Virus record (IMG/VR): IMGVR_UViG_3300028586_000735
Coordinates: 1 to 57,926 of that record
Direction: 5' to 3' (one strand)
DNA length: 57,926 nucleotides
From: a virus
Taxonomy: Duplodnaviria; Caudoviricetes
In this document: positions 17,504-27,214 of the stretch, piece by piece
Layout of the letters: every line of letters starts with the position of its first letter
How positions within the stretch are numbered: position 1 is the first letter of the stretch
The notes under the pieces: generated by a model
Databases searched by the model: none
Seen by the model: the letters and a program-made list of their open reading frames with translations, nothing else
What the model was told of the DNA's origin: nothing
Program-made: the position numbers and the translations under genes

Positions 17504-17701
17504 ATGAAGACAGTAACCCTTGGGGAGTACCTGGCAACTCATGGCACCCAGAGCGACCTCGCCAAGGCACTGGGCATTCAGCAGAGCGCCGTCTCCCAGA
17601 TGCACCGATCAGGTCGCACCATCACCATCACTTTGATGGATGACGGCTCGCTATTGGCCAACGAAGTAAGGCCAATTCCCGCAAGAAAATCAGCCGCTTA
17701 A
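17504..17701 (+). CDS. cro: Cro repressor
   Basis: Divergent from cI; TQSDLAKALGIQQSAVSQM HTH. Confidence 0.9.
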   Translation: MKTVTLGEYLATHGTQSDLAKALGIQQSAVSQMHRSGRTITITLMDDGSLLANEVRPIPARKSAA

Positions 17702-17729
17702 ACCCATTCATTAGCCGCAGGAGCAAAAA

Positions 17730-17930
17730 ATGTACGCCGATCAATCCCACAAACGAGACATGCCTCGGAAGGTTCGATTTAACAAAACCCTTGACCGAAT
17801 TCTCCGTCGGGCCGCTGAGCGCGCGGAGATGCAACACGCGACCTATCTGTACGAAATGATCGAGTGGGCGGTTGAAAACGGAGCAATCGAAGCGCTGACC
17901 AAGGACGAGAAGAAGTCTAGCGCCGCATAG
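17730..17930 (+). CDS. Small DNA-binding protein in the CII position (RHH-like)
   Basis: KVRFN strand followed by helices; GGAG RBS. Confidence 0.6.
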   Translation: MYADQSHKRDMPRKVRFNKTLDRILRRAAERAEMQHATYLYEMIEWAVENGAIEALTKDEKKSSAA

Positions 17931-17950
17931 AGGGACTTAGGAGGTGACTG

Positions 17951-18154
17951 GTGACTGAAATTGATTACGAGCACCTGAGCGATGGTGCTAAGCGGCGGGT
18001 TGCGGCCTTTGCACTGAGCAAGGGCCTGAGCACTGCCGAGGCGCTTGAGGCTATAGCCATCGAGTTCCTGGCAATGGGAGGTCCCTCACAGATGAGGCGA
18101 CCGAAAGCCAAGTTGTACCAATTAGCCCCTAAAGAGGGCCTCAAACGTGACTAA
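17951..18154 (+). CDS. Hypothetical phage protein
   Basis: GGAGG RBS, GTG start. Confidence 0.65.
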   Translation: MTEIDYEHLSDGAKRRVAAFALSKGLSTAEALEAIAIEFLAMGGPSQMRRPKAKLYQLAPKEGLKRD

Positions 18155-18177
18155 CACCAACCCTAAATCGCAGGCAC

Positions 18178-18207
18178 AAAAAAGCCCGGTTCACGGCCGG
18201 GCTTTTT
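18178..18207. terminator. tR1-like intrinsic terminator
   Basis: AAAAAGCCCGG..CCGGGCTTTTT. Confidence 0.75.
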
Positions 18208-18241
18208 CTACAGCGCTTGCAAATTCGTTCTGGAGCGAATA

Positions 18242-19042
18242 ATGCCTATTCCCCAACACATAGTCAACTCTGTGCTCTCGCGCCACGAAATTGCACATTC
18301 GCAAAACGTGGCGCGCACGATGTCATCGCGTGAAATTGCCGATCTGACCGGCAAGCAACATTTTCACGTGAAGCGCGACATCGAAAAGATGCTCGCGGAC
18401 CTTCAGGAAGATCCATCCATTTATGGATGCACCTATCTCGACGGACAAAACCGCAATCAGACTGAGTATCTGCTCGACCGTGAGCACACCGACTGCCTGC
18501 TCACCGGCTACAGCGCTGCAATGCGCATGGCCGTGATCAAGCGTTGGCGCGAACTAGAATCAGCGGTCGCCAAACCAGCGTTCGATGTTGCAAGTCTGAA
18601 CGATCCCAAGGTGCTACTCGCTCTGCTGACCGACAACGTCCGTAAGGTCGTTCATCTGGAGGCTGACAACACCGAACTTACGCAGGAGAACCAGCTGCTG
18701 GAGCAGAAGCTGGTTGCCGATGCTCCGAAGGTTGAGTTCTTCAGCGCTGTTATCACCTCGACCAGCATCCACTCTGTGCGGGAGGTGGCCCAATCCATTG
18801 GCACCGGCCAGAACCGTCTGTTCGCGTTCATGCGCCAGCAGCGCTGGGTGGACCGTAACAACACGCCATATCAAGGCCGGGTTGAGTCAGGGTATCTGGT
18901 GGCTGAGCCGCATTCCTACAACTGTCCTGAAACCGGTGAGCGCAAGACGAAGTTCACCTGCAAGGTCACCGGCAAGGGCTTTACCAAGCTGCAGGCGTTG
19001 TGGGCCGGTCGAGACAAAGCGATCTTGGGCGGTGCCGCATGA
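18242..19042 (+). CDS. Rha-family / KilA-C antirepressor
   Basis: MSSREIADLTGKQHFHVKRDI (Rha) plus DAPKVEF...GQNRLFAFMR...KVTGKG (KilA-C). Confidence 0.85.
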   Translation: MPIPQHIVNSVLSRHEIAHSQNVARTMSSREIADLTGKQHFHVKRDIEKMLADLQEDPSIYGCTYLDGQNRNQTEYLLDREHTDCLLTGYSAAMRMAVIKRWRELESAVAKPAFDVASLNDPKVLLALLTDNVRKVVHLEADNTELTQENQLLEQKLVADAPKVEFFSAVITSTSIHSVREVAQSIGTGQNRLFAFMRQQRWVDRNNTPYQGRVESGYLVAEPHSYNCPETGERKTKFTCKVTGKGFTKLQALWAGRDKAILGGAA

Positions 19043-19269
19043 GCCGGATCACAGTCGTTCTCGAAAACCCTACGGAACCAATTCATTTGGGCATGACCTT
19101 GGCTGGCGGCCGTCTGACCAGCGCCTGTCTCGGTGACCAGTCTGAGCTGCTCGAAACAGCCAAGAAACTCCAGCGAGCTTTGTTCTATTACAACCAGATG
19201 CCGGAAGCAGAGCGACTCGTCATTGAGCGAGAAGCAGCGCACCTCATCTCCAAATTGGAGGCCGCGTAA
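19039..19269 (+). CDS. Hypothetical phage protein
   Basis: ATGA and TAATG coupling on both sides. Confidence 0.6.
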   Translation: MSRITVVLENPTEPIHLGMTLAGGRLTSACLGDQSELLETAKKLQRALFYYNQMPEAERLVIEREAAHLISKLEAA

Positions 19270-20030
19270 TGGCCGGAGACTGGATCAAAATGCGAATCGA
19301 CCTTCAGACGCATCCGAAAGTTTTCCGCATGGTGTCCGCATTGAAAGCGGACAGATTGCGGATCATCGGCGGACTACATGTTGCCTGGAGCATCTTCGAC
19401 ACCCATTCCGATGATGGTGTGCTGCATGGCTACACCATTGAAGCCATGGACGCTGTTGTCGGCTGGCCGGGCTTCACCCAGGCAATGATCGACGTCGAGT
19501 GGGCATCCGTGCAGGACGACGGAAGCCTTGTAATGCCTCGTTTTGACGAACACAACGGGGCCAGTGCCAAGCGTCGCGCGAACGACAATGAGCGCAAGCG
19601 TAACGACAGAAAAACCAATCGTGTCCGCAAAACGTCCGCAAGCGATGCGGACAGTTTGCGGACCAGAGAAGAGAAGAGAAGAGAAGATATAAACCCTCTC
19701 TCTGCGCGTGAAGCTGTCGATCCTCGCATGCCCAGCGAAATGACCCTCGACTGGCATGCAGACCAGAAGCTGCTGAAGACCTACTCGGTACACTACGGCG
19801 TGGCACTGGACCTGTTCACCGAAGAGGCGCGGCGCGCATTCACTGCCCACTACGAACCGCGCGGCCAGATGAATACTCAGGCTGAATGGGTGCAGATGCT
19901 GGTCAAGTGGGTGCTGAACGATCGCAATCGCGCCGCCGCATCGAACGTGAAACAGTTCCCGGCGCGCCAAAGCACCGAGCCAGACTTCGACAGCACAGAC
20001 TGGGCTCGCGAGCTTGTGGTGAGCCCATGA
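19269..20030 (+). CDS. Phage replication initiator with DnaT-like C-terminus
   Basis: MAGDWIKMR..L..HPKV, REEKRRED; position before P. Confidence 0.8.
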   Translation: MAGDWIKMRIDLQTHPKVFRMVSALKADRLRIIGGLHVAWSIFDTHSDDGVLHGYTIEAMDAVVGWPGFTQAMIDVEWASVQDDGSLVMPRFDEHNGASAKRRANDNERKRNDRKTNRVRKTSASDADSLRTREEKRREDINPLSAREAVDPRMPSEMTLDWHADQKLLKTYSVHYGVALDLFTEEARRAFTAHYEPRGQMNTQAEWVQMLVKWVLNDRNRAAASNVKQFPARQSTEPDFDSTDWARELVVSP

Positions 20031-20731
20031 AGCCCGCAGCCCAGCTCATGGCGACCATGTCCAACCAGCCTGCCGAGCTTCGCCGCGCACCCGTTGTCGT
20101 CTCGCTGGAGACCGCTGAGGTGGTCAATGACCTGTTCCGTCGCCTACGGGGCATCTTTCCCGCATGGCGTCAGGCGTGGCCTTCCACAGAGGCTCTGGCA
20201 GCCGCCAAGGAAGAGTGGATCAAGGAATTCGCCGACGAGGGTATCCGCACTCTGGAGCAGATTGAGTTCGGTATCCAGAAGTGCCGCAAGCTCAAGAAGC
20301 CGTTCGCTCCCAGCGTTGGCGAGTTCATCGCCATGTGCGTGCCAGGCCCGGAAGACTTTGGCCTGCCAGCGAGCGCTGACGCATGGATGGAGGCATTGAT
20401 GGGCGTCTACAGCCACGAAGGCGTGAAGGTCGCGGCCATTGCCACCGGCCTGTTCGACCTGCGTTCAGCCAAGCAGGAAGACAAGGGCCTGCGCCAGCGA
20501 TTCGACCACAACTACACGATCGTGATCCGCCGCGCCCAGGCCGGGCAGCCGCTGGACGGCAAGATCCTCACCGGCATCGGGCACGACAGCCAGAAGACCG
20601 AGCTGGAACTTGCCGAAGAGCAGGCCGAGCAGGCGATACAGGCACGAATCATTCAACAAGGAATCCCGGTAGACGCAGCCTCAGCGCGCGCTCTGCTGTT
20701 GGCGAGAATTGGCAGGAGGGCGGGGCGATGA
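20027..20731 (+). CDS. Replication protein P (helicase loader)
   Basis: IFPAWRQA, KEEWIKEF, PFAPSVGEFIAMC. Confidence 0.85.
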   Translation: MKPAAQLMATMSNQPAELRRAPVVVSLETAEVVNDLFRRLRGIFPAWRQAWPSTEALAAAKEEWIKEFADEGIRTLEQIEFGIQKCRKLKKPFAPSVGEFIAMCVPGPEDFGLPASADAWMEALMGVYSHEGVKVAAIATGLFDLRSAKQEDKGLRQRFDHNYTIVIRRAQAGQPLDGKILTGIGHDSQKTELELAEEQAEQAIQARIIQQGIPVDAASARALLLARIGRRAGR

Positions 20732-21009
20732 GCAATCAGAAAATACGTGAAGAGTTTGAGGGCTGGATTGGGGGTCAGGAAGACTACTTCGGTTGCGCCT
20801 CGGAAAGCCTAACCCGCTGTGATGAAGAGCCGGATGAATACCTTTGTGGGGCAGTTCATGGCGCATGGATGGGCTGGCAGGCCTCCCGCGAGGCGCTGGT
20901 GATTAAGCTGCCTACAGAAAAGGATTTCTCCGCTTCTGACGATTCCTTTTTCATTCTTGGCCGCTGTCATGAAGCTATCGAAGCCGCTGGAGTGAGGGTG
21001 AAGTCATGA
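20728..21009 (+). CDS. Hypothetical nin-region protein
   Basis: REEFE.W...AWMGWQASREAL. Confidence 0.7.
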   Translation: MSNQKIREEFEGWIGGQEDYFGCASESLTRCDEEPDEYLCGAVHGAWMGWQASREALVIKLPTEKDFSASDDSFFILGRCHEAIEAAGVRVKS

Positions 21010-21275
21010 GCGTGACCAGAATTCGATTCAGCACCACGCCAACCAGACCAAAGCCGCAGGCCGGTGACGAGCGATTCCTGAAGGGACGAGGTGTAACGCA
21101 GATCCGGCAACAGCAACGATGCTGGGTGCATGGCGCGTATGGCGCTTATGTGGTCAGCAATGGTCGCCCGGTATGGGAGTGGGTGGACAAAGGTAGTGAG
21201 CGTGATCGCACCTCCGAAGCTTGGCGGAATGCGCGCATGGCATTGATCGCGGAATCAGCGGAGAGACTGGCATGA
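21006..21275 (+). CDS. Hypothetical nin-region protein
   Basis: ATGA-coupled ORF. Confidence 0.6.
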   Translation: MSVTRIRFSTTPTRPKPQAGDERFLKGRGVTQIRQQQRCWVHGAYGAYVVSNGRPVWEWVDKGSERDRTSEAWRNARMALIAESAERLA

Positions 21276-21496
21276 GTGAATTCAACGTGAGCCGCCCATC
21301 AATGTTGCCCGCAGTGATCGAAGGTGGTTTCTACGGCCTGCTGATCGGCGCTTTCTTCGGCCTCTGCGTGTTCATCGGCTTGAATCTCGGCGAGCCCAAT
21401 CAGGCCCCCGATCATCTGTGCGCCCAAACCAATCAGCGCGGATCTTCCGCATGGGTTGCGTGTGTCGACCGCAAAGTACAGGAGCGTGCGCAATGA
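21272..21496 (+). CDS. Small membrane protein
   Basis: One transmembrane segment; ATGA-coupled. Confidence 0.55.
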   Translation: MSEFNVSRPSMLPAVIEGGFYGLLIGAFFGLCVFIGLNLGEPNQAPDHLCAQTNQRGSSAWVACVDRKVQERAQ

Positions 21497-21897
21497 CTGA
21501 TTTCATCGAAGTGAAGACGGCCGATCTGGTCGGGGTTGCGCTGGATTGGGCTGTGGCTCAAGCCGAGAAAGTCGAAGGCTTGGTCATTCGTCGCGGCAAG
21601 CCAGCATTCGAGATGGAGTTCGACCCAGAAGCTTCGGCCCACGAGTTCTGCCTCAAGGAATACAAGTGCTGGCTGAACTACTCGCCATCCACCGACTGGA
21701 GCCAGGGCGGGCCGTTGATCGAAAAGCATCAAGTGTGCACGGGCTGGGCAGGTGACAAGCCATTAGCGTTCACTCGCAACACTAAATATTCGGACGGCGT
21801 GACGGTAGCGCCGACTCTGCTAGTCGCCGCCTGCCGCGCCATTGTCGCCTCAGTCCTTGGCGAAACCGTAAGCGTGCCGAAGGAGCTGCTGTCATGA
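21493..21897 (+). CDS. DUF2591 / NinX-like protein
   Basis: LDWAVA..., YSPSTDWSQGGPLIEK, LVAACRAIV. Confidence 0.8.
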   Translation: MTDFIEVKTADLVGVALDWAVAQAEKVEGLVIRRGKPAFEMEFDPEASAHEFCLKEYKCWLNYSPSTDWSQGGPLIEKHQVCTGWAGDKPLAFTRNTKYSDGVTVAPTLLVAACRAIVASVLGETVSVPKELLS

Positions 21898-22526
21898 CCG
21901 TCGATATCGAAAAGCTGGAAGAGCTGGCGAAGGCGTGCGGCAATCTGAACTGGCGCGCCATCCAGGAAAACTGGTGTGAGTGGGCTATTCGCGACGATCA
22001 CGCTTACATCGCCATTATGCGTACCAAGAGCGCCAAGCAGGCCGGGCCATGCAGTGACCGAGAGGCCAAGGCCAAGTTTCTGTGTGCGGTAACGCCTTCC
22101 GTCGTGCTAGAGCTGATCGCTGACAGCAAGCAAGAGGCCGAACAATTCAAGGAGTGGCAGGCAAGACATCACGCGAACTACGTCGCTGTTGCCGATGAGC
22201 GTGACGATCTTCGCGCCGAACTCGCCGGCCTCAAGACCGGCTACGAAGCGTATGAGCGGGTGAATGCTGAGTTGCGGGCTGAGAACGAGGTGCTGCGCAA
22301 AGACGCCGAGCGTTATCGCCTGCTGAGCTTCTGTCACGGGCAGGGGACGCTGGAGATGGTCAGGTCTCACCATGAGCTGTGCGATGAAGTCCGTCGCCTG
22401 AAAGTTCTTGCTGGCGAGCCTGTGCCGTCGACTTACGCGGAATTCGTTGGGCCAAGACCAGAAGGCCCAACTGCGCGCCTTCGCCGTAAGCTGGCCGCCA
22501 TGGACAAGGATGCGAGCCATGACTGA
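21894..22526 (+). CDS. Ead/Ea22-like protein
   Basis: IEKLEELAKA, P.VVLELIA, LRKDAERYR. Confidence 0.65.
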   Translation: MTVDIEKLEELAKACGNLNWRAIQENWCEWAIRDDHAYIAIMRTKSAKQAGPCSDREAKAKFLCAVTPSVVLELIADSKQEAEQFKEWQARHHANYVAVADERDDLRAELAGLKTGYEAYERVNAELRAENEVLRKDAERYRLLSFCHGQGTLEMVRSHHELCDEVRRLKVLAGEPVPSTYAEFVGPRPEGPTARLRRKLAAMDKDASHD

Positions 22527-22986
22527 TCTCATCGCAAAGCCTCGTCATTTCTGGTCGTCCGGCCCAAGCCGCGTACGTGAGGTGTGCCGCTTGGCCTACC
22601 TCTTCGCCACTGATCTGGCCGTTGCTGGAGCAATCGAGATCATCGTGCGCCCGGTGAAGTCCCGTCGCACCCTGGAACAGAACGCCAAGCTCTGGGCAAT
22701 GCTGGGCGACATTTCCCGCCAAGTCGAATGGCCCGTCAACGGCGTTATGCAGAAGCTCGACAGCGAGGACTGGAAGGCCCTCATGACCGGCGCTGCCCGC
22801 CAAGAGGTGCGCATGGCCTCCGGCATCAACGGTGGTGTGGTGATGCTCGGGGAGAGCACCAAGCGCATGACCGTGGCCGAGCTGGGCGACGTGATCGAGT
22901 GCATGTATGTGTTCGGAGCGGAGAAGGGCGTTCGCTGGACTGAACCGAAAGGGCAGATGCCCGGGCAGTGGGAGGCGGCGGCATGA
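22519..22986 (+). CDS. ninB: NinB recombination protein
   Basis: RTLEQNAKLWAMLGDISRQV, EDWK, STKRMTV.E. Confidence 0.9.
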   Translation: MTDLIAKPRHFWSSGPSRVREVCRLAYLFATDLAVAGAIEIIVRPVKSRRTLEQNAKLWAMLGDISRQVEWPVNGVMQKLDSEDWKALMTGAARQEVRMASGINGGVVMLGESTKRMTVAELGDVIECMYVFGAEKGVRWTEPKGQMPGQWEAAA

Positions 22987-23297
22987 ACAATCAATTCAAG
23001 CCGGGCGACCTGGCGTTGATCGTCGGGGCACACACGACACCGGAAAACGTCGGCAAGGTCTGCGAGCTGGTCGAGCTATTGGCTCCTGATCAAATCAGCA
23101 CGTGGCGCGACCCTGTCGACGGGCAGCGGGTTCAGAACGGTGACGTCGGTGCCGCATGGATTGTTGTCGGTGATGGGCTCACATCGTGGTGCGGCTCGAA
23201 TGGCTGGGTGATGGCTGACCCGATTCATTTGATGCTACTGCGCGGCGACTTCGCCCCAGAGCAGCAGAAGGCCAAGGAGGTTGAGCCATGCGCATAG
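22983..23297 (+). CDS. Hypothetical phage protein
   Basis: FKPGDLALIV...LRGDFAPEQQKAKE. Confidence 0.7.
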   Translation: MNNQFKPGDLALIVGAHTTPENVGKVCELVELLAPDQISTWRDPVDGQRVQNGDVGAAWIVVGDGLTSWCGSNGWVMADPIHLMLLRGDFAPEQQKAKEVEPCA

Positions 23298-23893
23298 CCC
23301 CCAAGCCCGCTAAAGCCCCTAAGACGAAGAAATGCCGTGTACCGGAGTGCGGGGCCTCATTCTTCCCGCAGCGTCTCGGGCAGGCGGTATGCAGCCCGGC
23401 GTGCGCGATCATTGATGCCCCAAGGAATCAGCCCAAAGCCCGCAAAGCGCTGGCGCAGGTCGAGCGCACCGCGATCAAGGTCCGGAAGGAGAAGCTGAAG
23501 TCACGCAGTGATTTCGTCCGTGAATGCCAGCAGGCGTTTAACGAGTTCATACGGTGGCGTGATCGTGCTGCGAGGCATCCGTGCATATCCAGCGGTCGCC
23601 CTTTGGACTGGTCCGGCAACCAGACAGATGCTGGCCACTATCGCAGCGTTGGCTCGGCACCACACCTCAGGTTCGACGAGCGCAACTGTCACGCGCAAAG
23701 CAAGGCTGATAACCGATTCCTCTCCGGCAATGCCGTGGACTACCGGATCGGGCTCATCGCTCGAATCGGTCTGGCTGCGGTCGAGGCGCTGGAATCGGAT
23801 CAGGCACCACGCAAGCACACCATCGAAGAGCTGAAAGCCCTGACGGCCAAGTACCGGGCAATGACGAGAGAACTGAAGAGGGCGACAGCATGA
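23288..23893 (+). CDS. ninG: NinG/Rap endonuclease
   Basis: FNEFIRWRD, PCISSG, DAGHYRSVG..PHLRFDERNCHAQ. Confidence 0.9.
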   Translation: MRIAPKPAKAPKTKKCRVPECGASFFPQRLGQAVCSPACAIIDAPRNQPKARKALAQVERTAIKVRKEKLKSRSDFVRECQQAFNEFIRWRDRAARHPCISSGRPLDWSGNQTDAGHYRSVGSAPHLRFDERNCHAQSKADNRFLSGNAVDYRIGLIARIGLAAVEALESDQAPRKHTIEELKALTAKYRAMTRELKRATA

Positions 23894-24471
23894 AAATTCT
23901 TTCAGCACGTCAGGCGTGGCATGACTGCACTTACATCCCGGCGCCGGGCCAGTCCTCTGACGTCGTTCAGCTCGGGGTGGTGGTGCAGGGCACCGAGCGT
24001 GGTCCAACAGCGAACCATGCAATGCACAGCGCGTTGGCCGGGCACATCCAGTCGGCAATCGCGAGGCTTCACCCGCAGGTCCGCGCGTTCGGGGAGTACA
24101 TGTACGCGGCCAACCGGGACGACGACATCAACGAGGCGGCAGAAGACGTGGTGTTCGGCATGGTGATGTCGAAGTCCAAGCGTATGACGGCCGGCAAGCG
24201 GGAAAAACTGGAGTACGTGGTGAAGGGCGTCATGCGCCGGTATCGCTACATGCACCAGGGCGGGCAGTCGGCGAATGACGACCCGCTGATCAAGCCGGAA
24301 GGGTTCCGCAGCTGGTTGATGGCCGAGTACGGTTGCCGTCTGGAATCTTGCAATTGGGAGCGGGATTGGGAGGGCATGGTTCGTCTTACTTTCGACTGCT
24401 GCGAGGACCTCGATCGAATGGCGTTGAGCCCTGTAGGAGCGGTGATTTACCAGATGAATCAAGCCGCTTGA
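23890..24471 (+). CDS. Q-like late antiterminator (putative)
   Basis: Position after ninG and before a promoter-terminator unit; no strong sequence motif recognised. Confidence 0.6.
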   Translation: MKILSARQAWHDCTYIPAPGQSSDVVQLGVVVQGTERGPTANHAMHSALAGHIQSAIARLHPQVRAFGEYMYAANRDDDINEAAEDVVFGMVMSKSKRMTAGKREKLEYVVKGVMRRYRYMHQGGQSANDDPLIKPEGFRSWLMAEYGCRLESCNWERDWEGMVRLTFDCCEDLDRMALSPVGAVIYQMNQAA

Positions 24472-24565
24472 CTTCCCGTGCGGCTGAGGGCATCATTTTG
24501 CCACATTGAGTAATTTGCCTACGGCAACTTGCTCCGAAGCCTGGCCTTACCGCTGGGCTTTTTTG
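24468..24565 (+). promoter_or_regulatory. PR'-like late promoter and tR' terminator
   Basis: TTGACT-17-CATCAT followed by AGCCTGGC..GCTGGGCTTTTTT. Confidence 0.6.
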
Positions 24566-24701
24566 TGTCCGGTTTTCTATTTTGTTTAGTGCTTGGAGCA
24601 GTAGCAGTTATGCAGTGCCCGCTTAGCTCAAGCATTCTGCCTACTGCGATACGCGCCGATCACTGTTAGGGCGCTGATACAGGCAGATTGCATCGGAAGG
24701 T

Positions 24702-24944
24702 CTATTTTCTGAGGCTGTAATTCCTAAAGTACTGCCAGCGCGCACGGGCTTCCGCGAACTTTGCATCCGCGATTTGTTTCATCGAAGAGAACCGTCGAAT
24801 AGTTTCTGGATCGTGAGGTACAGTGCTTAGCTCCTCGAAAGCTGCCGCATATAGTCGATCAGCCTCTAGAAAACATTTGTTTATTTGATCTACATCATCA
24901 AGCGGGGGCGCGTCCTTCGGCTTGGCCTGTTTGAGTGGGTCCAT
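24702..24944 (-). CDS. Hypothetical moron protein
   Basis: AAGGAG RBS, 80 aa, AT-rich upstream region, opposite to late transcription. Confidence 0.6.
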   Translation of the reverse strand: MDPLKQAKPKDAPPLDDVDQINKCFLEADRLYAAAFEELSTVPHDPETIRRFSSMKQIADAKFAEARARWQYFRNYSLRK

Positions 24945-25310
24945 CTTCTGCTCCTTTAAATTAACTAAGCGATTTCCATTCGTAACGGTAGACAAATTTA
25001 ACTCAGGTTGCTGCTACGTTTTCTATCTGAATGAGTGGTTCTATGGGGGTTGTTAAATCCAAATAAATGACTTTCCCGGTTTTTAGACCGGCGGCAGTGA
25101 TAGTTACCAGTAACACCGTTTCGCTTGCTGCATGTCATTCATATGTAGTGGGGCCGTAGCTAGGCACCTGTTTTTTAAGATGCTCCGCTGCTGCTTGCTA
25201 TGAACCGGCTACTTACGATTAGTCTGTGCAGACTTAATTTCTTGCGTCCAACGCATCCTTCACCGAGCGTCCGCAGTCCCGTGCAGACACAATAAATATC
25301 TGGAGTGACG

Positions 25311-25682
25311 ATGGACCCAACCGACCTCGGCCCAGGCACAGCTACCTGGCTGGGCGGTACGGGCACGATCCTACTTGGTGGCTTCCTGTGGTTGAGGAAA
25401 TTCCTCTCCAAGGATGCTGCCGACCGCGCGATGGACAATGCCGACATTGGCACCGTGCGCCGACTGAACGAACTGCTCGACTCCGAGCGCCTGGCCCGCA
25501 AAGAGGCCGAGGCCCGATCCGATCAGTTCGCGAAAGAGCGCAACGAGCTCGCTGCTGCTGTAGGTCGGATGGAGGGCAAGATCGAAGCCCTTACCAGCCA
25601 GATCACTCAACTCACCGACAAGGTCACATCGCAGAGCGCAGAGATTGCTCGTCTGCGCACCAAACTGGGGGGGATGAACTGA
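25311..25682 (+). CDS. Holin-like protein (TM plus coiled coil)
   Basis: N-terminal TM GGTGTILLGGFLWL; first late gene. Confidence 0.6.
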   Translation: MDPTDLGPGTATWLGGTGTILLGGFLWLRKFLSKDAADRAMDNADIGTVRRLNELLDSERLARKEAEARSDQFAKERNELAAAVGRMEGKIEALTSQITQLTDKVTSQSAEIARLRTKLGGMN

Positions 25683-26020
25683 TGGACAGATGCGCAATCA
25701 ATTTCGTCGCCCGCCACTGGTGGAGACGAGTCGAGGTTTGGTTGATGGCGATCATGCTGACTGCAGGCGGTGCGATGCTCGGCTTTCAGGTTGCCCAGTG
25801 GCAGCTCGCAAGCTGGTACAGCGTGCAACTTGCCGAGGCCCGCCGTGGTTACGACGAGGCGACCATTCAGCGCGACATGCGCCTGAACAAGCTGGCCAAG
25901 TCTGCCACCGAGGCAGCCGTGAAGGTTGAGGGTGCGGCAGGGAAGGCGACCGAGGCAGCAGATACTGCCAGCAAGGCCGCTGACAAGGTCAACGAGGTGC
26001 TGGAGCGGCAGACGCCGTAG
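25682..26020 (+). CDS. Membrane-anchored lysis-region protein
   Basis: TGATG coupling; one TM then an Ala-rich helix. Confidence 0.65.
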   Translation: MDRCAINFVARHWWRRVEVWLMAIMLTAGGAMLGFQVAQWQLASWYSVQLAEARRGYDEATIQRDMRLNKLAKSATEAAVKVEGAAGKATEAADTASKAADKVNEVLERQTP

Positions 26021-26057
26021 CGCTGTAGACCGATCTCGCCATACGAATTCCGAATAC

Positions 26058-26087
26058 AAAAAAGCCCCGACATTGATCGGGGCTTTT
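26058..26087. terminator. Bidirectional terminator
   Basis: AAAAAAGCCCCGA..TCGGGGCTTTT. Confidence 0.7.
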
Positions 26088-26239
26088 GCGTTGCAGCGAA
26101 AAAAGAGAGGGCGACCCCAGAAGGTGCTGTAACACCCAAGGGAGCCGCCAGATCGCAGAACCAGCCTGCAAGCCAGCCAAGGCCCTCACTGCTCGCGCGA
26201 GCGGGGCGGAGCCTAGCAGAAAACCAAAAGGCTTTGCAG

Positions 26240-26413
26240 ATGTTGAAAGATTTCAGATGTGGACAGTGCAAAAGACTTCTTGCCCGTGTGGGTGAGATGA
26301 CCGAGCTCCAGATCAAATGTTCCCGATGCGGGACGTTGAATCATGTGAAGGCCCCGAGCCTCGAGCTATCGCCTTTGAGCGAAAAAAGCAGTGCATCTGT
26401 GCGTGCCGCATAG
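26240..26413 (+). CDS. Com-family zinc-ribbon regulator (57 aa, absent from the ORF track)
   Basis: MLKDFRCGQCKRLLARVGEMTELQIKCSRCGTLNHV: CxxC..LLA..IKCxRCxxxN. Confidence 0.8.
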   Translation: MLKDFRCGQCKRLLARVGEMTELQIKCSRCGTLNHVKAPSLELSPLSEKSSASVRAA

Positions 26414-26444
26414 TGCCTCAACTTTATCCTCTTAGGAGATACAC

Positions 26445-27026
26445 ATGACTCGTAAAACAACTCTGGCCAAAGCGCTGATCCTCGGCGCAATGGCATTTGG
26501 TGGCGCTCAATCGGCCACAGCCGCAAACCTGCTGATCAACGGCAGCTTCGAACAGCCGGGCTGCGCCCAAAGCTGCGTACTTAGCACCACTGCCCAGGCG
26601 GATTTCCTGCCTGGCTGGACTACGTTCCTGTCCGGTGCTGAGTATTTCAAAGTTGTCAGCTTTTTTACTACCTCTGCAGCGGCAGATGGCAGCGCAATAG
26701 TAGATCTGGCGAACTTCACCTACAAAAATGGCGGTGGCATTCAGCAGAACTTCAACACCACGATCGGTGCCAAGTACAGGCTGACCTTTTACGCTGGCAA
26801 CAGCTTGTCCACTGGCCGCACTGGCGATGGGGTGATCGACGTCAAGGTCGCAGGTCAAACAGTCACCTTCAATACGCCAGTGGCCAGATCTGCCCAAATC
26901 GTTTGGGCTCCATTGACGTATGACTTCACCGCCACGACGACACAAACCACGCTTAGCTTTTCGAACGAGCAAGATCCCTACTTGCACTACGCGTTCATCG
27001 ACAAGGTGAGTGTCGATCCGCTGTAA
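26445..27026 (+). CDS. Secreted DUF642-like carbohydrate-binding-fold protein
   Basis: Signal peptide; NLLINGSFEQP, GIQQ.F.T..G.KY.LTF, IDKVSV. Confidence 0.75.
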   Translation: MTRKTTLAKALILGAMAFGGAQSATAANLLINGSFEQPGCAQSCVLSTTAQADFLPGWTTFLSGAEYFKVVSFFTTSAAADGSAIVDLANFTYKNGGGIQQNFNTTIGAKYRLTFYAGNSLSTGRTGDGVIDVKVAGQTVTFNTPVARSAQIVWAPLTYDFTATTTQTTLSFSNEQDPYLHYAFIDKVSVDPL

Positions 27027-27214
27027 CTGAGAGGAGGGCGGTAGACCCCGCCCTCGCTTTCTCGAATTCCATTAACCAGCAATCGAAGAAACCAGCTGGT
27101 TACCGGGTTGGCCACAAACCCTTCCCGATGATCCTTCTTGAGTGCGCCCTCGATCACCAAGGCGCGCTTGCCTTTGCCCGGTCGATCTGGCCGCGCTGCA
27201 CAGTGGAGTAATGC

